Source: Fonticula alba ATCC 38817 (taxonomy: Eukaryota > Protista > Nucleariida). Taken from it: 24,775 nucleotides of DNA. The position numbers were made by a program, and so were the translations under genes. The stretch lies in NCBI GenBank assembly GCA_000388065.2, contig KB932220.1. One strand, given 5' to 3'. Positions 1 to 10,920 of the stretch are shown one piece after another (positions within the stretch are counted from its first letter, which is position 1; each line of letters opens with the position of its first letter). The notes beneath the pieces were generated by a model that was not told where the DNA came from, ran no database searches, and saw only the letters and a program-made list of their open reading frames with translations.

Positions 1-1739
1 CACGAGCTGGTCTTGAGCCACGAGTAGTCGATCCCGTGAGATGACCGCGCATTCTTCTGTCGCATCCCCCCTCGAGGAATGCAAAGTAAGGCGGCCGTCG
101 AGCGTTGTCACCGGCCCCGGACCTTTGCTCTGGAGCCCGGGAGAGAGGGGGGGGGGGGCAATACGCGCATGCCCGGAGCTCACTCAGATCAGCCCCCCGT
201 CCATAGCGGGCCCCGAGACCAAGCGACAGGCTCCCTGCCTCTCTCTCTCTCTCTACCGGGAACGAAGGCACCAACAGCCGTGTGTTGAAGAGCATTCGGA
301 AGTATCATTGGGTTTCGGCTCCGAGCACCTTGTTTCCTCTGGAAAATCCTTATTAATTACATTATTTCCCTCCTTTCCCGGGGCCACTGTAACTGGCCCT
401 CTACTCGGCGGCAGTCTGGCTGTCGATCTATCCCGTATTCCTCCAGGGGAGGAATGCCATTCAAGCATGCCAACTCTCTCACGGAGACGTCCACGTGAGT
501 GGCTTGTGGTTCGACCTGTGACTTGGTTTATAGAGATTGGGACACCACTACACTTATAGCTTACACGCGGATTCCACTACGGCCGGTGCACTGGCACATG
601 ATCCGTGAGTACATGATAGCTCATCAGGCCACATGCATATGGGCACCAAATCGTCGGCACTTGCTCGGCGCGATGCGGCCAAATCCCCTTCACTGGCGGG
701 GCAATGCCGACCGGTGGGCCGCGGGGCCGTTTGCCCGCCCTGCGGCCCGCCCCCGAGCGAGGAGCCGTGCCGTGCCCGAGCACCCCGAGGTGCGGCGCCC
801 CGCGCCGGCGCACTTCGTGGCAAGGGGGCGGGGGCTCTGCGCTGGGAGGCGGGCTGGGCCATGTCAATTTGGAGCGGGTGGGCGTGGTGCGCGCGCACAG
901 GGGGGGGGGCGGGGCGGGTCGGCCTGGCTTGCCGATTGAGGGTCAGGCGCTTGTGGCCTGGGGCCGGGCCGATCGTGGGGTGAACAGGGCGAATCTACAC
1001 GGCGGGGCACTTATTTCGCCCTTGTCCTCGATACATGGCCTGGCATCACCCGATGACAGGCGTGGGTGTTTCTCTCGCTCCCTGTCTCTCGCTCTCTGTG
1101 TCTCTGCCTGTATGCCACTGAGCCTCCCTCTCCGTGTCTCCCTCTCGAAGGCACACCCACTGCTCCCTCGCACTTCCTGCTCTGCCGGTGCCTCTGTTGC
1201 GGGAGTTGGCTTCCACTTCCCTCGAAAAAGGGCTCCTGAGTAACTGCAAAGTGGCCACCCAAAGCGGCTGCACGGGTGAGGCTGGCACGGGAGTTCTGCC
1301 GGTTCTGGACGCCGCTTGTGGTGCACTCCACTTGTTCGGGGAATTTTCATGTGTTTGAAGCCATATTCCCTTCCCCCTAAGACTCCTCGCATGCGGGTCG
1401 GCCTCCCTGGCGACAAGTTCGCGCCCTCGACCGCGCAGCCTAGTGCGCGTATTTTTCCACCGTCCCGCCAGAAGGATGTCTTGTTTCCGACCGCCCCCCC
1501 CCCCCCCCCCCGGGCCCGATCCTTGCAGCCATGGCGCTATGGCCCTCGAAAGAGGACCGATGGCGCATGGCGGTTCCTCCATCGCCAAGGCGCGAGGGGA
1601 GGGACAGATGGCCCGTTCCTGCCGGCCGCTATACCCCCTTTGCTTCCTTCGCCTCCTGGGGCTGTCGGGTCCACGCCCTCTTACATACCCCCGGCGGCCA
1701 CGGATTGACGGCACGCCTGCGTGCATGCCGGTGCCCCCG

Positions 1740-1811
1740 GTGTGTGTGTGTGTGTGTATGTGTGTGTGTGTATGTGTGTGTGTGTGTATGTGCGTGTGTG
1801 TGTATGTGTGT
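1740..1811. repeat. Interrupted (TG)n microsatellite
   Basis: About 72 nt of TG dinucleotides interrupted by TA/CG, read directly from the sequence. Confidence 0.95.
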
Positions 1812-2251
1812 CCCGGGCAGGAGGAATGCGTCCATCCCCGGGGCATGGGGGGGAGAGATGTACCAACTCTTATGTCGTTCGGCCGGGCTTTCCAGCGAGG
1901 CGCACACGCGCAGCCGGTGTCTCATTAGCGTCGGGCCAGGGGCCGGGGACGCGCCGAATGAGATGTCTGCATGCCGGGATCGACAAAATGGTCGCATGTG
2001 TGTCGGTCCGCGCCCCTCGGCCCTCGGCGTCCCTCCCCCGGGAGGACGCTCGCATGGCTGTGGCTCTTGACGGGCGGGAGGCTCACGCGGGAAGCGGGGC
2101 GGGTGCCGCAGCAAGGCCAGCCGCATGCGCCGCGCATGTGTGCACCCACAGAGAACCATCCACTCGCCACCCGGGGCGCCTCCACTTCAGGTGCCTTGCC
2201 CTGTGGGCTTTTCCGCTCAAGATGCCGGGAAATCCCCCAAGCAGCTGCACC

Positions 2252-2259
2252 TATTTAAG
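2252..2259 (+). promoter_or_regulatory. Possible TATA-like element upstream of the Cys-rich gene
   Basis: TATTTAAG about 125 nt upstream of ATG 2381 in a GC-rich background. Positional inference only. Confidence 0.25.
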
Positions 2260-2380
2260 ATGCCACTGACAATGGTCAACATTTCGTTGGTGACAGCAGA
2301 GAAGACCGCCCTCTGTTCCCCTTCTCCTCCTGTTGCCTTTCCTCCGCGTACTTGCTCTTCCCATCCCGTTCTCCGCAAGC

Positions 2381-4762
2381 ATGGTGCCAACATTGCCCCG
2401 CCGGCGCCCGGCACGCCCGGGCCCCGGGTCTTTGCCGCTGGTGGCCCTGCTGCTGGCTGGCCTTTGCGCGCTGGCCGGCGCCACGCTGGAGCCCACCACC
2501 GAGCCGCTGGATCTCGAGCCCTACCCCCTGGGCAAGGTGAGCGACAAGTGCGATCAGCCTGGTGCGTGTCGGCCGGGCGCCCGCTTCCCGCCGGGAGGGG
2601 CCCCCTCATCGCCCTTTCGCCTTTCGCCCATGTGCCCGGGCCGTTGGTGGGGGGGCGGGGGGGGGGGTGCTCTTTCTTTCCCCCTTTCCCGAGGCGAATT
2701 GTCCTGACTCTCCGGGCGTTGGAAACAATGGCCGCCGTGGAATCAATGAAAAAAAAATAATAATAATCACAAAGGCGAGTCCATGTGGAAGGGGGCCTGC
2801 TTCCCGGCACTGGACCGCTGCCTCAAGGCCGTGCACACCGGCACCGACATCATTTGCGAGGAGTACAGCGCCGCATACCGCACCCTGACCTATGGGGCCT
2901 TCCTGGATGCCGAGCTTCCGGACATGCAGGTGAGCAAGGAGAATCTCGTCAGCGCCGGCATCGACATGTGCTGGAGCACCTACCCCGGGGATTGGGGCCG
3001 GTGCGAGGCCTGCCGCGTGCAGATGTCCCTCGGGGGGCAGTGCCGCTTCGTGGAGGGCGACCATTATGGCTGCCGGTATTTGAACCGGCACATTTCCGAG
3101 TCCTGTGCCGAGTGCGAGCCGGGCTACATGCAGGATGGCATGCGGCGGTGCATCACCAACTGCATCGGGCCCCATGGCACCATTTGCGGAGACCACTGCA
3201 TCGAGACGCGCCACATGCCGCTCGGGTTCAATTGCTTCAAGTGGCCGCTGGCCAATTACAATGGCAGCTCGGACGCGGTGCCCGGCCGGCCGGAGAACCG
3301 GCACCTGCTCAAGTGCAGCGAGCCCGGGGCCTGCTTCAAGTGCAATGAGGGCTGCGCCGATTGCGTCGGCCCGCGGGCGTCCGACTGCCTGTCTTGCAGT
3401 GTCCCGACGGAGAAGCTGCTCGTGCACAACCGGAAGATCTTCCTCCACCGGTATGTGGACATCGGGGCCTGTGTGCCGCGCTGCCCGACCACCACCGTGG
3501 AGATCATGGGCCACTGTGTGGCCTGCCCGCGGTGGTGCGCCAAGTGCTCGCCCGAGAACAACCGGCAATGCTTGGAGTGCATGCGGGGGCACCTGCTCCA
3601 GCCGAATGGCACCTGCTACACCACCTGCCCGTTGGGCTTCGCGCGCAACTACCTGACCAGCAAGTGCGAGCCCTGCGCCGAGGGGTGCCTCCATTGTGTC
3701 ACCAACAATCCGTCCATCTGCCTGGCCTGCAGCGATCCGCTGAAGCAGCTGTACGCCGGCCGGTGCGTGGATGACTGCCCGGTGGGCACCTTCCCGACCG
3801 AGGACATGGTGTGTCGGATTTGCGACGCCCAATGCACCCGGTGCATTGAGGGCGGCGTGTGCACCGCCTGCCGGGCCGGCTTCGAGCCGCGGCAGGGGGT
3901 CTGCAAGCCCGCCTGCCGCAAGGGGTCCTACTTCTCCAAGGCCAAGGGGGCCTGTGACAAGTGTGCCCCGGAGTGCAAGGAATGCGCCACGCTCTCGGAC
4001 AATTGCACCTCCTGCAATCCGGGCTTCATTCATCTCCAGCCGAGCTCCTTCACTGAGAGCCACCGGTGTGTGACCGCCTGCCCGGCGGGCTACTTCCACG
4101 ACCTGACCCACCGCCGGTGTGTGCCCTGCCTGTCGCCCAATTGCCAGACCTGCAATGAGGAGGGCCGGTGCATTGACTGCCAGGCCGGCTTCAATATGAT
4201 GCCCCAGCGGGGCCAGTGCTTCCGCACCTGTCCCGAGGGCTACTACAAGCAGGATGGCGTGTGTCAGCCCTGCGGGGGGATGTGCGCCACCTGTGTCAAC
4301 GGCCTGCCGGATGGGTGTCTGTCGTGCATTGCCAACAACGACAACAAGATGCCGTATGTCCGGCTGGTCGAGACACCGGGCGGCAAGGACCCGGGGCGGT
4401 GCACCTACACCTGCGGCTCCTTCGAGGGGTATGGCTTCTACATGCAGACGCGCAAGGCCCGCCTGTGCCGGAAGTGCCCGGCCAATTGCCTTGAGTGCGA
4501 TGTGCCGAATGCCCTGAACCCGGACCTCAGCACGCACTGGGTCCGGTGCAAGAAGTGCAAGGAGGGCTTCGGCTTCGCCCGCGACGGGGTCACTTGCGTG
4601 CCGCACGCGGTGGGCCTCATGGCCATCGATGTGGACGGCGCGGCCGAGGCCGACGACGACCAGGACTTCGCCTGGCTCCAGCGGCGTGTTTCCCCTTCGA
4701 TCGCGGAGGCCAAGGAGGCGCCCGCCCCGGAGCCGGAGGAGGCTGCCGCTGCCTCCGCTTGA
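2381..4762 (+). CDS. Secreted or surface cysteine-rich protein with 8 furin-like (CxxC) repeats, about 722 aa, 2 exons
   Basis: Exon 1 is 2381-2561 (MVPTLPRRRPARPGPGSLPLVALLLAGLCALAGATLEP...; hydrophobic signal-peptide-like stretch). Intron 2562-2774 has donor GTGCGT, branch CTGAC near 2704 and acceptor AAG. The phase-1 join is in frame with exon 2 (2775-4762, TGA stop). Eight units of the C-x2-C-x3/4-C-x2-C-xn-C-x2-C type are present (e.g. CFKCNEGCADCVGPRASDCLSC, CDKCAPECKECATLSDNCTSC), with strong GC3 codon bias. No TM or GPI signal at the acidic C-terminus. Confidence 0.85.
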
Positions 4763-5664
4763 TCCGTGAAGGGGAAGGGCCAGCTCGTGCGCCCGCGGCC
4801 GAAGCCCAGGCCGCCATGTGTCCGGCATGGCCGGCGTGGCTCCTGCCTGGCCGGACACCCTGAGCGGCTGGTGCCGCACGCTGGCACCAGTGTTGTGTAG
4901 TGGTTACCTTGTGCACCCTGGCTACTTTGGGCTGGCCTCTTTGGAGGGGGGCGCATCTCTTCCCGGATGCCGCGTGTTACTTTGCCATCTTATATAGCCT
5001 CCGCGGCCCGGGAGGGGGGTTCGTCCACCGAAGGGGCACCTTTGAAAGGAAGGCTGCCTGTGTCGTGCCATTTCAATAGACCCGCATCTGTGTGTGTGTC
5101 GGAGGGCCCTTTTTTTCGCCGCCGCTTGGTGACCTGTGTTTCATTGTGCCCCTCTCCGTGTCTCTCTCTCTCTCTCTTGCTCTTTCGCTCTCGGCGGCTT
5201 GCTGGCTGGCCGTGGCATCTTCTTTGCCTGCCTCCTCCTCCCTAGGGGCCAGAGCAGTGTGGGCATGCCAAGTCTGCGGGAGGGGAACATCCCCATCCGA
5301 GGGGCGCGGGGGGAGTTCACGTCACGCTGTTTGGAGCACCGAGAAGGGTGGGCGGAACAAATGGCCGGTGACAGGGCGCCTTCAGGTTGAGCTGCAATTG
5401 TCCTTGGAACTCCCCCAGGATGGATGGTTTACGGAGTGGGGATGGCGTGTCTCGTGGCCATGGTGTTTTCTCTTCAGGCAAGATGTGTGTATCTCTTCCG
5501 GGATCATTCATGCTGAACAGGGGGTGTGCGCGTGGGAGAGCGGGGCACAGAAGGGCGGGAGCGAGCAGCAGGAGCAGGAACAGGAGAGGAGGAGGGCCGA
5601 CATGGGGACCAAGGGAGGAGGGAGAGACCGAGCGGCTGAGGGGGAGGCAAAAAGGAAGAATGCA

Positions 5665-5737
5665 AGCCCACTGTGGGGCTCGAACCCACGACCCTGGGAT
5701 TAAGAGTCCCATGCTCTACCAACTGAGCTAAACAGGC
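5665..5737 (-). tRNA. tRNA-Lys (anticodon CTT)
   Basis: 73-nt cloverleaf GCCTGTTTAGCTCAGTTGGTAGAGCATGGGACTCTTAATCCCAGGGTCGTGGGTTCGAGCCCCACAGTGGGCT with intact A and B boxes. T5 terminator at 5649-5653. Confidence 0.95.
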
Positions 5738-6107
5738 TTGCACGAGGGGGCAGGGGACGTGATCAAATGGTCTCGCGTTTTGTCGCGGCGCTTGTGGGGA
5801 GGGGCGCCGCACGGGGAGGCCCGGGTGGCCGACCGAACAGGGGTGTCTTGCTGAGGGGAGTGTGTGTTGGGCGGTTCTCACACCACGAGCCAGGACAAAC
5901 ACAGGGCGAGAAGGGGGCCGCCCGGACCGACACACCCGGCAAAAGGAGGGCTGCCCGGCTCTCGGACAGGCCCCCGAAAGCAGGCTGCTGCTGCTGCTGC
6001 TGCTTGTGTTCCCTCTGCCTGGTGGTCGGCTTCTCGCCGTGGCGGTCGCGGGCGGGGGCAAGAGAGGGCGAAGCGGAGCACGATGCGATCAAAAAAAGAG
6101 AGAGGAT

Positions 6108-6180
6108 TGCCTCGAACCAGGATTGAACTGGTGACCTTGTGATCTTCAGTCACACGCTCTCCCAACTGAGCTATCGAGGC
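6108..6180 (-). tRNA. tRNA-Phe (anticodon GAA)
   Basis: 73-nt cloverleaf GCCTCGATAGCTCAGTTGGGAGAGCGTGTGACTGAAGATCACAAGGTCACCAGTTCAATCCTGGTTCGAGGCA. T7 terminator at 6091-6097. Confidence 0.97.
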
Positions 6181-7335
6181 TTGGGGACTGTGTCCCCCAG
6201 GCCGACAATTAACTCCCCGGCCCTTGGTGGCTGGCTCCGGCTCCTGGCATCGGAAGGGCCCCCGGGGGATTTTCTCGCTGGAGCTGTATTGCCCTACTCC
6301 GGACCCACACGCCTGGGGCTTTGCCCTGGGCGCTTCTCCAGCACCTCTCAGGCAGGCCTGTCGCCCTTCGATCCGATGTTGGCTTGTGTCCCGAAGTGGG
6401 GCCACACCTCTGATACACCGTCGGAGGCCGGCACCGGTTGGCTCCCGCCACTTCGGTCTCGGTGGTCGTCGTGTCTTGGCCGTGCACGGTCCCGCACCTC
6501 TTCGTGTGACTGTTTTCCGAGAGAGAAAGAGAGAGAGAGAGAGAGGGGAGAGGGAGAGCCTGCCTTCTCCGGAATGATGGAGAAAGCGCAGACACATCCA
6601 TGCCCATCCAAGCGCCTCCCGCCTGCCGGCATTTTCGTGTCTCTCCTCCTCGCTGGGCACCCCCGGGGGCCCCTGCCGCCTTCCTTCCAAGGCCCCAGCA
6701 CCTTGGGGGGGGGGGGGGGGGGGGGCATTCCCTCCATGGGGTAGCTGTGTGCCTGCCCTGGCTCTGCACATCGCCCTGCCCCGGGGGACCCGTGTCGCCC
6801 GGTCCCCGATGCACTTGGCACAGACATGCACATCGGCCACTGGCCCTTTTTTCCTCGCTTCTTTCTTGATGCCCTTTGTTCGAGAGATGGCTCCCGAGGG
6901 CCACACGCCGGAATCCAAGCGCCTCGCGGCGGCCAGGGCGCCAACAGTGGCTGCCTAGATGCGACCGCGCGCGGATGACACGCGTCCTTGCTGCTCCTCT
7001 GCCCGCGGAGCCCCATCTTCCTCGGGATGCTACCCCACTGTCGGGGTCGGCCTGCGATGCGCCCAGGGCAGCCACCCCCCCCCCCCCCCCTCGGGCAGCA
7101 TCGAGATGCCCGGCACCCTCCGGCCGAGCTGCGGGCAAGTGAAGCCAGGCAGGGCGTCCATCGCGATCCGGCTGGCAATGTCCGTCACAGGAACACAGCT
7201 CGGGCCCCGTTCAGGGCCCCCGGCTGCTGCCGCCCTCCGACGGCATTCCGGGCAGCCGGCGAGGCACCCCCGCAGGCCGGCAACACAGCATGCGCCTCTT
7301 TTTAATGGGCTGCGCAGGCCCATTTGGCACGACCA

Positions 7336-7407
7336 TCCCGATTAGTATAGTGGTGAGAATCCCCGCCTGTCACGCGGGAGGCCCGGGTTCAATTCCCGGA
7401 TCGGGAG
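7336..7407 (+). tRNA. tRNA-Asp (anticodon GTC)
   Basis: 72-nt cloverleaf TCCCGATTAGTATAGTGGTGAGAATCCCCGCCTGTCACGCGGGAGGCCCGGGTTCAATTCCCGGATCGGGAG. T6 terminator at 7410-7415. Confidence 0.97.
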
Positions 7408-7476
7408 TCTTTTTTCGCCCCGAAACTTGGCCAAAGGCGCTGGCTTTAAATACCAGAGGGACTGTCCGCTTCCCAT

Positions 7477-7550
7477 GGCCGCGTAGCTCAATTGGATAGA
7501 GCACCTGACTACGGATCAGGAGGTTGTGTGTTCGAGCCGCATCGTGGTCA
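7477..7550 (+). tRNA. tRNA-Arg (anticodon ACG)
   Basis: 74-nt cloverleaf GGCCGCGTAGCTCAATTGGATAGAGCACCTGACTACGGATCAGGAGGTTGTGTGTTCGAGCCGCATCGTGGTCA. T6 terminator at 7555-7560. Confidence 0.96.
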
Positions 7551-7602
7551 TATATTTTTTCCTCCCCTGGTCTCAGCTGAATCGCAAGGAACTAAAAATA
7601 AT

Positions 7603-7675
7603 TTCCCATACCGGGACTCGAACCCGGGTCTCGTGGGTGAGAGCCACGTATCCTAACCACCTAGACTATATGGGA
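7603..7675 (-). tRNA. tRNA-Glu (anticodon CTC)
   Basis: 73-nt cloverleaf TCCCATATAGTCTAGGTGGTTAGGATACGTGGCTCTCACCCACGAGACCCGGGTTCGAGTCCCGGTATGGGAA. T5 terminator at 7594-7598. Convergent with tRNA-Arg. Confidence 0.96.
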
Positions 7676-8448
7676 CTTGTGGGGATCACCCCGCATTCTG
7701 GCGCTGAAATTGCTTTTGCCCACCGGCTGGGTGTTTTTGATTGGGCCGCCAGGCAGGTCCCCCGTCGCGCGAAGGGGGAGACCCGGCAAGAAGCAGGCAC
7801 AGGGCACCCCCCGACATAGCGCACACACGCAGAGCCCCATGCAGCTGCGGAAGGACGCGCAGAGCGCGCCCACGCCCAGCGTGTGCCTCATATGGATACC
7901 GGCGGATGCCCGGCTGAAAAGGGGCGCACCGGCAGGAGGGAGGCAGGTCTATCCTCCCTGAACGAACCAAGGGCAGGAGACCCCGGTCAAGCACGGTCAT
8001 GCCACTTGCCCCACAGCAGGGGCGAGGGAGGCCGCGAGGAGTGGCCGAAACCCGGGGAAATGGCAGCAGTTGACCATGGGTGCCCCCCCCCCCGCTCACG
8101 ACTGAGAGGCGGGATGGGGTGCGGCGGGGTGAGGCGCGGCGCTCGCCGTGCTCCTGGTCGCCAGCGCATGCCTGGCCATGACTCTGGTGCTGATATCTAT
8201 GAAATGTGTGCCGCACATGCGCAGGCCTTTTGCCCGTCCGGGCGGTTGCCTGGGTTTCCTTCCCGGCTGTTTGTGATCCAGCATGCACCTTTGCACCACA
8301 GGCGCCAGGCTGCTGCTGCTTCCTCCCGGAAGGCGGCCCGCCTCTGGGGCCCTTGGGGCAAGTGCGGCGTCCCGGGACCTGGATTGAGACTGGAAGATTC
8401 CATTGTTCCGATTAAATAGATCCTGAGGGTCCCCTGACCCACAGATTC

Positions 8449-8521
8449 GGGGGCGTAGCTCAAATGGTAGAGCGGCCGCTTAGCATGCGGCAGGCAGGGG
8501 GATCGATACCCTCCGCCTCCA
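8449..8521 (+). tRNA. tRNA-Ala (anticodon AGC), copy 1
   Basis: 73-nt cloverleaf with the G3:U70 alanine identity pair, a eukaryotic Ala-type T-loop (ATCGATA) and anticodon loop TTAGCAT. T6 terminator at 8529-8534. Confidence 0.96.
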
Positions 8522-9318
8522 GTCCTTCTTTTTTGCCGTGGCGACCCCGCGGCACCCATGCCCTGTGCGGGGGGGGGGGGGGTCCCCGCAACATATGTCG
8601 GACATCTGTTGTGACCGGCGGGCGTCGGTCGGGCAGGCACGCGCGTCTCCCCCCCCCCTCCCCTTCTGCCCCCAAAAGCAGCAAGGGCAAGAGGCACGAA
8701 CCACGGCAACGAGCGCATGCGTGTGTCCCCTTCCCCTGCCCCCGGGGAAAAGCACACACAGCACCCGGGGGAGGAAAGCCGCGGCCAGGCGGGGTGTGTG
8801 GCAGGGGCTGGTCGGGGCCCGGGGGCCGCGCCTCGCTGCTGTGTACGTGGGGGGGGGGGGGCGGGGCAGGGCGGCGCACATGCCCGCGGCATACGGCCCG
8901 CCGCACGATGATCCACGACATGCGGGCCGCTTTCCCCGGCGCGCTGTATCGTGCGCGCCCCGAAATCCAGCCTTCATGTGTGCTCGGAGGAATGATCCAG
9001 AGCCGTGCCGGCCTCGGTGCTGGCCCAGCCCCGCAGGGGGGGACTCGGCAGATGGAGAAAGCCGTCCCCCTGCCGCCCGCCCGCCCCGCCCGGAGACACC
9101 GCGCACGGACAGCGGCGAAGGGAACTCGCAGGAGACCCGTCCAGGGGCGCGAGGCGCCCCGGCCCGGGGGGGGGGGGGGGAGAAAAAAAACACCTTCGTC
9201 GGCCAACTTCCACCGGGGGGGGAAGTCTCCGCCAGCCCTCACCAGCCCCACCCCCCCCCTCCCGAACGCCCCGTCGCACTCGTCCCCCCCCCCCACACAT
9301 ACACACACGCACACAGCC

Positions 9319-10920
9319 ATGACCGACGCTTCCCTTCGCACCCGCCACACCGTCCTCAAGTATGTGGCCGATCTGATCAAGGCCGGCCCGACCGAGGATC
9401 TGTCCGAGGATGCCATCGCCAGCCTCGAGGGTTCGTCTGGACACCATCTGCTCCCTCGCCCCCGCGCCTCGCTGGCCCTCATGCCGCCACTGACCCTCCG
9501 CCTCGGGTATGTCTCGCAGTCAGCCTGCAGTGCATGGGCGCCGCCTTCGGCTTCGAGGAGGCCGATGAGACCCTCGCCTTCCCGGGGGACCTGCCGGCCC
9601 TCCTGTCGGCCAAGCCGGTTTCCGGCTACTCCGGCTCCACTCCCTCCGATGCGGATGTTGCCGCGGCCGAGAAGCTGAAGAATGACGGTTCGTCCTTGCA
9701 GGCCCGCTGTTTGTGCCCCCCCCCCCCCTCCTCCCTGCCAGCTGTCTGACCGCCGGGACCCCACCGGTTTTGGAATGTCCCCCACCACAGGCAACGCCAA
9801 GCTCAAGGCCTCCGATTACAAGGGCGCCGTTGACTGCTACACCAACGCCATCATCCTCAACCCGACCGCCGTTTACTACTCCAACCGGTGTGTGCCCGAG
9901 CCGCCCTCCCCCGCCCCCTGTGCTCGGCTTCTCCGCTGCCGCCATGATCAATGCTAACACACCCGATGGTGGCCATCGTCCCCGACTCCCCCGATGGCCC
10001 ACAGCGCCATGGCCCTGACCAGCATCGGCATGTTTTCGGCCGCCGTGCTCGACTGCAACCACGCCATTTCCCTGGACAGCAACTATGCCAAGGCCTACTC
10101 CTTCAAGGGGTACGCACTGCCTCCCCCATCCCCCTCCTCCCCCCCTCGCTGTCCCTTCCTGCTTGCCCCGCTTTCCGCCCCCGTCTGTGGGCCCGGCCCT
10201 GGCAGCGGGATGCTGACCTGCCACGGCGCCCCTCTCCCAGTGCCGCCCTCGCTCGGCAGTCCTGCCACGAGTACTCGGCTCGGTGCTACACCAAGGCCGC
10301 CAGCGTGGCCGAGACCGACAACCTGCGCGATCTGTACCTGAACAACGCGTCCGGCCAGCGCGCCCTTGTCGGCCCGGCCGACATGTCGGCCAAGATCTAC
10401 CCCGCCTTCGAGAATGACATCACCCTGGCTGAGGGCTCCGACTCGGCGGCCGGCAGCGGTGCCTCCACCTCGGCCGAGTCCTCCCCCTCGGCTGGTGCCG
10501 GCGGCATGCCCGACATTGCCTCCATGCTCCCGGGGCTCATGAACAACCCGGCCATCGCCAACATGCTGAACCAGCCCGGCCTCTCGAACATGTGCGTGGC
10601 CCGGCATCCTCTTTGTCCCCTGCCCTCCGCCATCCCCTTCGCCGCACGCGGCCTGCTTGCCCTTCCTCCCTTTCTCTCTCTCTTTGGCTCCGATCGGACA
10701 TGCTCTCATCGCCCGTGTCTCCGATCACCGATCCTGACATTCCCCCCCCCCCNNNNNNNNNNCCCCCCCCCCGCTTTTGTCGTACACACACCGCAGGATG
10801 CAGAACATGATGCAGGATGGCAGCCTCTCCCAGATGATGAACAACCTCATGCAGGACCCGGCCGCTCTGCAGAACGCCCTCAGCGGCCTCGGCCTCGGCG
10901 GTGCCCCCCCGCGCGGCTAA
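9319..10920 (+). CDS. SGT2: Small glutamine-rich TPR co-chaperone (SGTA/Sgt2 family, GET pathway), about 318 aa, 6 exons
   Basis: Exons 9319-9430, 9520-9687, 9791-9887, 10005-10109, 10241-10591 and 10797-10920 join in frame (957 nt, TAA stop) through GT-AG introns. The protein has an N-terminal dimerisation motif (SEDAIASLEVSLQCMGAAFG), TPR motifs (AEKLKNDGNAKLKASDYKGAVDCYTNAIILNPTAVYYSNRAMA...DCNHAISLDSNYAKAY) and a Met/Asn/Gln-rich STI1-like C-terminus. Confidence 0.9.
10753..10762. other. Assembly gap (10 N) inside a C homopolymer in SGT intron 5
   Basis: Run of n between poly-C tracts. The true intron length is uncertain. Confidence 0.99.

Noticed and set aside
1-190. Possible exon on the minus strand (GTGAG donor near 183, AG acceptor near 130; open frames such as ...GIDYSWLKTSS)
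   Set aside because: All frames are open over a short stretch, there is no recognisable homology, and the donor does not match the local consensus. It cannot be supported at the window edge.
505-525. GGTTCGACC resembling a tRNA B-box or T-loop
   Set aside because: No pairing T-stem, A-box or cloverleaf around it.
595-635. CTGATGA on the minus strand (hammerhead core or C-box)
   Set aside because: No downstream GAAA with stems II/III, and no CTGA D-box at a suitable distance.
1340-1375. CTTCAAA on the minus strand (tRNA-Sec anticodon loop)
   Set aside because: The flanks do not form an anticodon stem and no other tRNA arms are present.
2606-4879. 757-aa minus-strand ORF
   Set aside because: Antisense shadow of the GC3-biased Cys-rich gene with no protein-like features.
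5317-5712. Minus-strand ORF (…MNDPGRDTHILPEEK…) next to tRNA-Lys
   Set aside because: Overlaps the tRNA, lacks the codon bias of real genes and has no recognisable motif.
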